From positions 9,523 to 73,522 of the forward strand of contig JAZDOS010000006.1 in NCBI GenBank assembly GCA_043798375.1: 64,000 nt of DNA, given 5' to 3'. Below are positions 8,185-16,105 of this stretch, one piece after another (positions within the stretch are counted from its first letter, which is position 1; the number at the start of each line of letters is the position of its first letter). This DNA comes from Candidatus Omnitrophota bacterium. Its GTDB lineage: Bacteria > Omnitrophota > Gorgyraeia > 2-01-FULL-45-10. The notes beneath the pieces are model-generated. The model had not been told where the DNA came from and did no database searches. It saw only the letters and a program-made list of their open reading frames with translations. A program made the translations under genes and the position numbers.

Positions 8185-8991
8185 ATGAGACGTCTTATAG
8201 TGGCTTGCATATTTGCGTTGTTGATGGGCTGTCCGACTTTAGGGCATGCTGAAAATTATGCGTTGGATTTCGATGGAGTAGATGATTATGTTAGTGCTCC
8301 CGACAGTAATTCGTTGGACTTGACAAGTGGATTAACCATCGAGGCGTGGATTAATCCTCGCGAATATGCGAATGGCGCTAATGTGATAGCATCAAAATGG
8401 TATCCTAGCTCGTATATTTTCAAGCTACACAACGATGGAAGCGGAAAGTTGCGTATAGAATTATCTAAGGGTGGCTTCAATGACCTAGCTAATCTTAAAG
8501 GGAACACTGCGGTTTCACTTGACCAATGGACACATGTAGCTACGACCTTCAATGGGGCAGAAACAAAGCTTTTTGTTAATGGTAGTTTCGATGGCTCTCA
8601 GACTCAATCTGGTTCAATTGTTCCGAACTCAAAACCGTTTTATATTGGAAGTGTGGATGGTGGCGAAGTATTTCATGGATTGATTGATGAGGTTCGTATT
8701 TGGAATTATGCTCGGTCGCAACAGCAGTTACAGGATTATATGAATGGCCCGCTAACAGGTAATGAACAAGGCTTGATGGGCTATTGGAATTTTGATGAAG
8801 GCACGGGAAATACGCTCGGCGATTTAACGCAATTTGGGAATGATGGCCAGATATATGGTGCTCGATGGGTTTCGTCAGATAGCCCAGTAACTACGCCTGT
8901 CCCAGAGCCAACATCGCTAATGCTTCTTAGTATGGGTTTATTAGGAGCAGGAGTATTAAAGGCCAAAAGGCGAAATTTCAAAAAATCATAG
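8185..8991 (+). CDS. LamG-like (concanavalin A-like lectin/Laminin_G_3) secreted protein with C-terminal PEP-CTERM sorting signal
   Basis: Signal peptide; GLTIEAWINP...WTHVATTFNG...LFVNG...IDEVRIWN Laminin_G_3 pattern; C-terminal VPEPTSLMLLSMGLLGAGVLKAKRR has the PEP motif, a TM helix and a basic tail. Confidence 0.75.
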   Translation: MRRLIVACIFALLMGCPTLGHAENYALDFDGVDDYVSAPDSNSLDLTSGLTIEAWINPREYANGANVIASKWYPSSYIFKLHNDGSGKLRIELSKGGFNDLANLKGNTAVSLDQWTHVATTFNGAETKLFVNGSFDGSQTQSGSIVPNSKPFYIGSVDGGEVFHGLIDEVRIWNYARSQQQLQDYMNGPLTGNEQGLMGYWNFDEGTGNTLGDLTQFGNDGQIYGARWVSSDSPVTTPVPEPTSLMLLSMGLLGAGVLKAKRRNFKKS

Positions 8992-9083
8992 CGCATATTT
9001 GACAGCTCTAAGGTTATAATAACGGCCCGCCGTTGGGGGGGATGGCCCCCTTACTCGTTACCGATTTATCTTTTGTTATTCCC

Positions 9084-10046
9084 TCAAAACTTTAAACTAA
9101 GCGGATGAAACTTCTCAAGCGATTTCAGAAGCTCGCCTTCATCGTAGCCGATGTAACTCTTAACCGTAACGCTAATGTCGCTATGGCGCAATAACCTGCT
9201 AACGTCCACAATATTCAGCCCCTTTCGTAATAGCATCGTCGCAAAGCTTCGGCGTAAGAGGTGAGGCCGTAGCTTCTTACCAAAGCTGAGGTTATTATTT
9301 AACTCTCCAAACAGAAGTTGCAAGCCTCTCGTTCCGAAAGAGCCGTCGCCTCGCCTTTTATCCTGCCCGCTACGGTTGCTATCAACAAACAGATTATCAG
9401 TCTCACGCTTCAGGGTCATCCTTACCTGCAAGTAGTTCATCAATAGTTGCTTTAATGTGCTACAAATAGGCACTACTTCCTGTCGGCGTGTTTTGGTATG
9501 CATTAATCGTAGTGCGTTGTTGTTTAGGTCAATGTCCTTTATCTTGAGGTTGAGTGCCTCACTACGGCGTAACCCTGCAAATACAAAAACTCCCACAAGA
9601 GCAAGGTCTCGAAGATAGGCTATCCTATAACGTGGTTTCCGTCGGCTCATCATATATCGCATTAACTCCTTTACCTGCTTTTCGTCCAGTGCTTCGGGTA
9701 GTTTCTTCTCTACCTGCGGACGAATGACGTTGAGCATAGGGTCTTTACCTATGTATTCACGCCGAAGCAGGAATTTCGAGAACGCTTTTAACGCCTGCCA
9801 ATTGGTAAGGTTGGTGCGAGGAGTAATGCCACTTTTTAGGCGGTCAATAAGAAATTGCCTTATGTTCGTTTCGTTGAAGTCTTTTAACTGCGGTTCCTTG
9901 ATTTGTAGCCATTGACGAAGGTATGCGACGAATACCCGCATACTCATCCTATGCCATCTTAAAGTCGCTGGCCTTGATTGCCTTTCCCATTCATGCCACA
10001 ACATATACTCATTAAACACACTTTCCAATGTCTTCTCCATATACAT
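9084..10046 (-). CDS. int: tyrosine-type site-specific integrase (phage integrase family)
   Basis: Catalytic R (LRRSEALNL), HxxR (HLLRRSFATML) and H...Y (LLRHSDISVTVKSYIGYDE). Adjacent to the tRNA. Confidence 0.85.
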   Translation of the reverse strand: MYMEKTLESVFNEYMLWHEWERQSRPATLRWHRMSMRVFVAYLRQWLQIKEPQLKDFNETNIRQFLIDRLKSGITPRTNLTNWQALKAFSKFLLRREYIGKDPMLNVIRPQVEKKLPEALDEKQVKELMRYMMSRRKPRYRIAYLRDLALVGVFVFAGLRRSEALNLKIKDIDLNNNALRLMHTKTRRQEVVPICSTLKQLLMNYLQVRMTLKRETDNLFVDSNRSGQDKRRGDGSFGTRGLQLLFGELNNNLSFGKKLRPHLLRRSFATMLLRKGLNIVDVSRLLRHSDISVTVKSYIGYDEGELLKSLEKFHPLSLKF

Positions 10047-10209
10047 ATCGGCAAAACAGGGTTGCTAACAGAGGAAATTTGTGATATAATCGGCGTTACT
10101 TTGAAATGATTTACTGTTGTCGTCGAATAGTTGGGGCGTGATAACTGCTCGGTGAGATTTTGACTTTTAGCGGTTTTGTCGCAAGTCTTTTTACGTAACG
10201 AAGTTACGT

Positions 10210-10286
10210 GGCGGGGTAGCTCAGTCTGGCAGAGCAGTCGGCTCATACCCGGCGTGTCACTGGTTCAAATCCAGTCCCCGCTACCA
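10210..10286 (+). tRNA. tRNA with CAU anticodon (Met, initiator or Ile2-lysidine not distinguishable), 77 nt with encoded CCA
   Basis: Cloverleaf: acceptor GGCGGGG/CCCCGCU (G1-U72), D-arm GCUC/GAGC, anticodon stem GUCGG/CCGGC with loop CUCAUAC, T-arm ACUGG-UUCAAAU-CCAGU. Confidence 0.85.
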
Positions 10287-10411
10287 GTTCAGTTTACGCA
10301 GTGGAGAGTCGAACTGGATTTGAAGCCAAATTGCGCCGACGAATAGGAGGAAAAGTCCTCTGGACGGAAGCAATTTGGCCGGCCTGAAGCCCGCCTCTGG
10401 CGGGCGTAAGG

Positions 10412-10431
10412 AAATCCAGTCCCCGCTACCA
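10412..10431 (+). repeat. 20-nt copy of the tRNA 3' end (aaatccagtccccgctacca) 125 nt downstream of the tRNA; second att-like scar or tRNA-like minihelix remnant
   Basis: Exact match to the tRNA 3' terminus. Preceded by ggcgggc and the palindrome gcccgcctctggcgggc. Confidence 0.6.
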
Positions 10432-10494
10432 ACTTCAAAAAAAATGGGCGGCTCTTATATTATCTTTACAGCCGCCCTTAAATCGCGTGCTATT

Positions 10495-10857
10495 TTACGC
10501 CAATGCCAGCTTCTTCTCTATCTGTTTAAACCTTCCGTCATTCTGCTCAAAGGATACGTCCAGTTTATTCTCTACCACTGACAATCTATCATCTATCACG
10601 GACAACTTATCCTCTACTGCCGACAATCTGCTCTCCACTTTTATTAACCGTGAATCCAGATCAAAGACAACCATTTTTACGGTATGAAGCTCAGACTCAA
10701 CGCTGCCCAGCCTAACCTCCAACCTGTCCAATCTGGATATAATACCGGCGTGGCCCTCGGCGATAACCTTAACGCTCGATTGTATGGCCTCGAGCAGAAC
10801 CCTAGTCTCTCGCTCAAAATCTACGCTTCTTCCGATTCTCATATTCCCTTTCTTCAT
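10495..10857 (-). CDS. coiled-coil hypothetical protein with three 21-nt tandem DNA repeats
   Basis: Heptad-like RLSVVENKL/RLSVIDDRL/KLSAVEDKL; the DNA repeats are visible at 10560..10640. Confidence 0.4.
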   Translation of the reverse strand: MKKGNMRIGRSVDFERETRVLLEAIQSSVKVIAEGHAGIISRLDRLEVRLGSVESELHTVKMVVFDLDSRLIKVESRLSAVEDKLSVIDDRLSVVENKLDVSFEQNDGRFKQIEKKLALA

Positions 10858-11036
10858 TCTTCGGCTCCTTTTATTATAATCTTGTCATTTAAATTGTCAA
10901 CCTAATTTAGCAGGATACCGGATACCGGACAGTCATGATGAATCGCTCATAAAAAAACCTCCTTTCGGTCTCTATATGCCCCCATATATAAAGACGCGAA
11001 AAGAGGCAGAATTGTTGCAATTATTTTAAAAAAGTT

Positions 11037-11828
11037 TCATTTCGCTTCGTGCATGCTCCCCGTTCTGTATCCGCAGAGATCGAGAGTGATGTAGGTAAAG
11101 CCGAGACTTTTCAATTTTCTTACGATCAAATCCCGCAGTTTCAGCGCCCTGCCGAAGTCGCTCTTAAAAACCTCGATCCTTGCGATATCTTTATGCAGGC
11201 GCACCCTGACTTGTTTTAACCCCAAGCGCCTCAAATAGGCCTCGGATTCCCCTATTTTTTTTAGATCCGATTTTTTAATCTCGCTGTTAAACGGGATTCG
11301 TGACGCGAGGCATGCGAATGAAGGCTTATCCCATGTCGAAAGCTTCAATCTTTTCGAGAATTTCCTGATATCATCCTTCGTCATTCGCGCCTCCAACAGC
11401 GGGCTTCGCACGCCCAGCTCCCGAGCGGCCTTACGGCCATGCCGCACATCCTTCAGGTCGTCGAAGTTTGTCCCGTCGAGGATGTAGTTAAACCCGCGCT
11501 TCCTTCTTATCCCGTCGAGTTTCTTGAACAGCTCCTTTTTGCAGTAGTAGCAACGGTTAACCGGATTGGATTTAAATCTCTTTAAATTCAACTCTTTGGT
11601 ATAGATAGTGATCTGTTTTGCACCGATCTTCTTTGCTAACCGCCTTGCCTCTTTGTATTCAGATAGCGGATATGTTACGGAACGAGCCGTAACGGCCAGC
11701 ACGTTCTGCCTGCCCAGCGTATCGACAGCTGTTTTAAGCAGAAACGTGCTATCTAACCCGCCTGAGTAAGCTATCACCACGCGTTTCAGACCCTTCAAGA
11801 TCGTCCTCAATTTATCACTCTTATTCAT
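11037..11828 (-). CDS. larE: PP-loop ATP pyrophosphatase, LarE-like (TIGR00268 family sulfur transferase)
   Basis: SGGLDS PP-loop plus PSFACLASR cysteine motif; start taken at MNKSDK rather than the ORF-table extension. Confidence 0.55.
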   Translation of the reverse strand: MNKSDKLRTILKGLKRVVIAYSGGLDSTFLLKTAVDTLGRQNVLAVTARSVTYPLSEYKEARRLAKKIGAKQITIYTKELNLKRFKSNPVNRCYYCKKELFKKLDGIRRKRGFNYILDGTNFDDLKDVRHGRKAARELGVRSPLLEARMTKDDIRKFSKRLKLSTWDKPSFACLASRIPFNSEIKKSDLKKIGESEAYLRRLGLKQVRVRLHKDIARIEVFKSDFGRALKLRDLIVRKLKSLGFTYITLDLCGYRTGSMHEAK

Positions 11829-11947
11829 CGCGTCTCCCAAGCAATAATTTTTTGATTTCTTCAAGAATGTGATGTGGCGATGTGGTGAGCTCAGGCGTCC
11901 TGAGCGAACCACTCGACACAGCACATTCGACTGGTGAAAACGAAAAA

Positions 11948-13042
11948 TTATTGCGCCGATTTAATCCATCCCCCACCTATCACAACGTCTTTATCGTAAA
12001 ATACGACCGCCTGCCCCGGTGTTGGAGCCGCCTGCGGTTCGTCAAAATCGACTCTGACGGAATCCGCGGCAATCTTCGTAACGAGCGCCTTCGCCTTCTT
12101 ATGATTATACCTTATCCTCGCCATCGCTTTAATCGGCTTCGATAAGCCCTCTATGGCGATCCAGTTCATCCTATCGGCGACAAGGCTCTTTTTCATCACT
12201 TCTTCCCTTGGCCCGGCGATCAGGCGGTTCTTTTCGATGTCGATCCCTGTAACGTAGAGAGGCTCTTTATGAGCTATTCCCAGCCCGCGGCGCTGCCCGA
12301 TCGTGTAAAAAGGCATCCCCTTATGGCGGCCCAGGACTTTCCCGTATTTATCGACAATATCACCCGCCCTTATCCCGGCTCCGGTCTTCTTCTCGATATA
12401 TTCCGCGTACTCCAGGTCCTGAACGAAACATATATCCTGACTTGAGACGGCGTTAAATGTTATTAGCTTCATCTTTTTCGCAAGCGCCCTTACCCGATCC
12501 TTAGTCAGGCTGCCCAGCGGAAAAACCGCGCGTTTTAACTGCTCCTGCGAAAGCCTGAAAAGAAAATAGGATTGGTCCTTTCGCCCGTCCTTACCTTCCT
12601 TCAATAAATACCTGCCGGATTTTTTATCTATGCCTATGTTCGCGTAATGGCCGGTGGCCACGGCCGATGCCCCGAGGCTGACGGCTTTTTCCAGAAGATG
12701 GCCGAATTTTATCTTTTCGTTACACACAACACAGGGGTTCGGCGTATTCCCCCTTAAATATTCCCAGCAGAAATAGTCGATCACCTCTTTTCTGAACTCT
12801 TCGCTGAAATCGACTACATAATAGGCTATGCCCAGGCCTTCCGCAACGGCTCTGGCCCTCGTCACGGCTTCGAGGTTGCAGCAGCTCCTGCCGGAACTCG
12901 ATCCGCATTCCTCTTTCGGCCACATCCTGAAGGTGAGGCCTATTACTTCGAACCCTTCTTTCTTCAATAGCGCCGCGGAGACAGACGAGTCTACGCCTCC
13001 GCTCATCGCTGCGACGATCCTCTTACTTTTTGGCCTTGCCAT
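11948..13042 (-). CDS. mnmA: tRNA-specific 2-thiouridylase MnmA
   Basis: AAMSGGVDSSVSAALLKKEGFEVIGLTFRMW and overall MnmA pattern. Confidence 0.85.
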   Translation of the reverse strand: MARPKSKRIVAAMSGGVDSSVSAALLKKEGFEVIGLTFRMWPKEECGSSSGRSCCNLEAVTRARAVAEGLGIAYYVVDFSEEFRKEVIDYFCWEYLRGNTPNPCVVCNEKIKFGHLLEKAVSLGASAVATGHYANIGIDKKSGRYLLKEGKDGRKDQSYFLFRLSQEQLKRAVFPLGSLTKDRVRALAKKMKLITFNAVSSQDICFVQDLEYAEYIEKKTGAGIRAGDIVDKYGKVLGRHKGMPFYTIGQRRGLGIAHKEPLYVTGIDIEKNRLIAGPREEVMKKSLVADRMNWIAIEGLSKPIKAMARIRYNHKKAKALVTKIAADSVRVDFDEPQAAPTPGQAVVFYDKDVVIGGGWIKSAQ

Positions 13043-14117
13043 ACTGCTCCTTAAATCCGCCTGCCATCCCGACTTTAAATTTATCTTTATCTTCCATTAT
13101 GATGAGCGCGTCCATCCCCTTCGCGTCCGCAATCTCCAATCCATGGCTGCCCAGCACACACAATGCGGTCGCAAACATATCGGCGCTCGTCGCGTCATCG
13201 GCCACTACGGTCGCGCTTGCAACGCCGTTATCGGCCGGCCTTCCGGTCCTGGGGTCTATTATATGAGGGTAACGTTTCCCGTTAAATAAAAAATATTTTT
13301 CGTAATCGCCGGCCGTATCGATGGCCCTGTCATTCAACTGGAGCGCCGCGAAAACCTTCTTCTTGTCCCTCGGGTGCTGAATACCGACCCGCCAGGGCTC
13401 TAACTCATCCTTCATTCCGAGGCAGTACGTATCCCCGCCGGAACTGACAAGCGCGTTCCGAACGCCGCATTCTTTCAGGACCGCAACGGCCCTGTCGGTT
13501 GCGTATCCTTTCGCGACACCGCCGAAATCGAGCGCCATTCCGTCTTTCTGAAACGTGATAGTGGTATTTAACCTGTCGAGTATGATATATCGCGACCCGA
13601 CCTTATCAAGCGCGGCCATTATCTCTTTTTTGGACGGCAGAACCATCTCCTTACCTGCCGCGCGCCATAGGTCGACGAGAGGCTTGACCGTAATATCGAA
13701 CGCGCCTTTCATATCTTCACCGCACGCGACCGAGCGTTCGATTAAGCCGAAGACCTCTTCCGTCGTCTTAACAGGCTCTCCCGCTTTTTTGCACCTGTTT
13801 ATACGCGACGCCTCGCTGTCGTCTTTAAAAACGCTGAATATGCCCTCTACGCGGGCAATCTCATTGAAAGCCTTGCCTACGGCCAGCCGGACGGTTTCGG
13901 CGTCCTGGCCGGCAGGTACCGGCGCCTGTATGCGGACGAACGTTCCCATCATCGGCCTTGTATCTTCGACCATCCGCGCCGCCTCTCGACAAAGGCCCGG
14001 GACGGCGTCCTTGTCAGGGCCGAAGGATGCCGCCGTTTCCTGTGCGGCCGAAGCCGGAAATACCGCAAATGAAATGATTAATAATACCGCGTAAAGAAAG
14101 CGGGGTTTTTTTATCAT
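13023..14117 (-). CDS. apbE: FAD:protein FMN transferase (ApbE family lipoprotein)
   Basis: Signal peptide; DFGGVAKGYATDR...SSGGD motifs. Confidence 0.8.
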   Translation of the reverse strand: MIKKPRFLYAVLLIISFAVFPASAAQETAASFGPDKDAVPGLCREAARMVEDTRPMMGTFVRIQAPVPAGQDAETVRLAVGKAFNEIARVEGIFSVFKDDSEASRINRCKKAGEPVKTTEEVFGLIERSVACGEDMKGAFDITVKPLVDLWRAAGKEMVLPSKKEIMAALDKVGSRYIILDRLNTTITFQKDGMALDFGGVAKGYATDRAVAVLKECGVRNALVSSGGDTYCLGMKDELEPWRVGIQHPRDKKKVFAALQLNDRAIDTAGDYEKYFLFNGKRYPHIIDPRTGRPADNGVASATVVADDATSADMFATALCVLGSHGLEIADAKGMDALIIMEDKDKFKVGMAGGFKEQYGKAKK

Positions 14118-15208
14118 TTAAGATTGGCGAGAACTTTTTCTATATCGATATATTTTTCGACCATATCGACGATGATCTTGATCTTGTGAATATCCTGCGG
14201 CTTTAATTTTACGACCATGGAATTCACGCGGCTGGCTATTTTGTAAGTATCCTCTTTTGTAATCAACGCGGATATCCCGAACTTCTCGACCGCCTCAAGG
14301 GTCTTTCGCTTCGGCATCAGGCCGCCCGATAATATTATTCCGGAAATGCTGCATCCTTTCTTGAGCTTTCCGGCGTGCACCCTGCAGACGGTCTCTATCA
14401 TATCGTCCCTGTCGCCGGGGATGATCATCAGCGAATTATTCTGTATGAAGCCAAGCGCATCCTTCACGTTCATGGCGCCTATCAGCACGCTCTCCGCCGT
14501 CTTATCCAGATTTTTCCCGGCGTATAAGGCCTCGAGCTTCAGCTCCTCCTTTATCTCGCGCATCGTGGGAATGTCCAGTATCCTCTGATACGGAAGCATC
14601 CCGAAGACGGCGAGCCCTTTCTGCTGCAGGCCTTTCGTGGCCAACAGGGAGATCCTGTCGTATTTCTCGGGAAGCACCTTGTTCACTATGACGCCCGCGA
14701 GGTTCACGCCTTCTTTGTCAAGAAGCGCTTTATTGAGCATGACCTCGTCGATCGGTTTTCCGACGCCGCCGGAAGAAATAAGGATAATGTTCGTATCCAA
14801 TAAACGCGCCACGGTCGCGTTCGAAAGTCCGAAGACGCTTCCCACGCCCGCGTGGCCCGTGCCTTCGATTATCACAAGGTCGTTGTCTTTGGAGACCTGC
14901 TCAAATGAATCCTTGATAAGTTTTGCGTAATCCTCGTCGGCGCCCTTTTCGATGAAGCGCTCGGTGAACCCTTTATCGATGGCGACCGGCGACATATCCT
15001 TGATGTTGCACCTTATGCCGAAGACCTCCTCGATCAGGACCGAATCCTCATCGACCTTATAGCCCTGTTCCATGAGATAGCGCTGGCCTATCGGTTTGAT
15101 GAAGCCGATCCGCCCGAAGCGCTTCTTGAGGGCCGCTATGAGGCCGAGTGACACGGTCGTCTTGCCGTCATTCTGCTGCGTCGCGGCTATAAATATCTTC
15201 TTCGCCAA
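14114..15208 (-). CDS. BioD-like P-loop/DRTGG domain protein (phosphotransacetylase N-terminal-domain-like)
   Basis: KKIFIAATQQNDGKTTVSLGL P-loop; IPGDRDD region. Likely TTG start at LAKKIF with a GGGAGAGG RBS. Confidence 0.5.
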   Translation of the reverse strand: MAKKIFIAATQQNDGKTTVSLGLIAALKKRFGRIGFIKPIGQRYLMEQGYKVDEDSVLIEEVFGIRCNIKDMSPVAIDKGFTERFIEKGADEDYAKLIKDSFEQVSKDNDLVIIEGTGHAGVGSVFGLSNATVARLLDTNIILISSGGVGKPIDEVMLNKALLDKEGVNLAGVIVNKVLPEKYDRISLLATKGLQQKGLAVFGMLPYQRILDIPTMREIKEELKLEALYAGKNLDKTAESVLIGAMNVKDALGFIQNNSLMIIPGDRDDMIETVCRVHAGKLKKGCSISGIILSGGLMPKRKTLEAVEKFGISALITKEDTYKIASRVNSMVVKLKPQDIHKIKIIVDMVEKYIDIEKVLANLK

Positions 15209-15224
15209 TTTTCGCCTCTCCCAC

Positions 15225-15276
15225 AAAAAAGGTGCCTGGCACCTCTTTTGAAACTTTTTTAATTAGTTCTAATCGG
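15225..15276. terminator. GC hairpin AGGTGCC-T-GGCACCT with flanking T-runs on both strands (bidirectional intrinsic-terminator-like); one of two copies of a 44-nt conserved element
   Basis: The hairpin is followed by TTTTTTG on the minus strand, about 50 nt downstream of the acsE-paralog stop. A near-identical copy is at 62337..62386. Confidence 0.5.
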
Positions 15277-15295
15277 TTCCGCTCGTAGGAAAAAA

Positions 15296-16096
15296 TTATA
15301 CAAGCTTCCCTTCCCGATATGCCTTGATGTATTCCGCGCAGTAGTCATCGTGACAGAGGAGCGCCTTTGCGGCGGCGATGCTTGACATGACATGGCTGTC
15401 GAGCGGATCCAGGATCGCGGCGTCGAGCCCCGCGGCAATCGCCATCGCGAGAAACGAGGAATTGATGAGCTTTCTATTCGGCAATCCGAACGAAACGTTC
15501 GAGAGGCCGCATATCGTTTTCACTTTGCCCAGGCTCTTTATCCTGGGGATCGACATGAGAAATTCGTATGCCTGGTTCGGCTCCGTCGATATGGGCCTTA
15601 TCAGAGGATCGAAATAGAGGTTCTCTTCATTGAATCCTCTTTTCTTCACGCGGTCAAGGATCGATCTTGCGATTTCGAACCGTCCGCCGGCGTCGTCCGG
15701 CATGCCGCGCTCGTCCATTGTAAGAGCGATAAGCTTTGCGCCATATTGCTTCGCGAGCGGAAGGATTGTGCTCATCCTGTGTTCATCGGCGGTTATGGAA
15801 TTGATCATCAGTTCGCCGCCCGCCTTATAAACCTTCAAAGCCCTTTCGATCGCGAGATAGTTGGGACTGTCTATGCATATCGACACATCTTTTATCCCGC
15901 TCTGGATTACGCTGACGATCCAGTCGACATCCTGGATTTCATCGCCCGAAGTCACGGCGCAATTGATATCGACGAATGCGGCGCCGTTTGCCAGCTGGGA
16001 CCGGGCCTCTTTTAGGATATACGCCATATTCCTGGTTTTAATCGCTTCCTGGATTTTTGGTCTTGTTGAGTTTATGCGCTCGCCGACAATGATCAT
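15296..16096 (-). CDS. pterin-binding methyltransferase, AcsE/MtrH-like paralog
   Basis: GLSNVSFGLPNRKLINSSFLAMAIAAGLDAAILDP corresponds to the AcsE GLSNVS...NR.LINRTFLAMA motif. Confidence 0.65.
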   Translation of the reverse strand: MIIVGERINSTRPKIQEAIKTRNMAYILKEARSQLANGAAFVDINCAVTSGDEIQDVDWIVSVIQSGIKDVSICIDSPNYLAIERALKVYKAGGELMINSITADEHRMSTILPLAKQYGAKLIALTMDERGMPDDAGGRFEIARSILDRVKKRGFNEENLYFDPLIRPISTEPNQAYEFLMSIPRIKSLGKVKTICGLSNVSFGLPNRKLINSSFLAMAIAAGLDAAILDPLDSHVMSSIAAAKALLCHDDYCAEYIKAYREGKLV

Positions 16097-16105
16097 TCGA
16101 TTCCC

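Larger units (their letters stand above)
2848..10249. mobile_element. Integrative genomic island (about 7.4 kb) inserted in the tRNA(CAU) gene, with anticodon-loop crossover and 5'-half duplication; carries a tyrosine integrase
   Basis: 41-nt direct repeats at both ends. The interior is AT-rich relative to the flanks, genes run on the opposite strand to the chromosomal context, and the integrase is adjacent to the intact tRNA. Confidence 0.8.

Noticed and set aside
10860-11036. Small palindrome ccggataccgg and A-rich hairpins downstream of the larE-like gene as a regulatory RNA
   Set aside because: Too short and non-specific. No second copy or conserved structure is evident.
15233-15258. Sigma-54 promoter reading of cTGGCACctcttTTGAaa in the hairpin element
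   Set aside because: The -12 element is GA rather than the invariant GC, the match sits on the strand with no downstream gene, and the sequence is better explained as a palindromic terminator-like hairpin.
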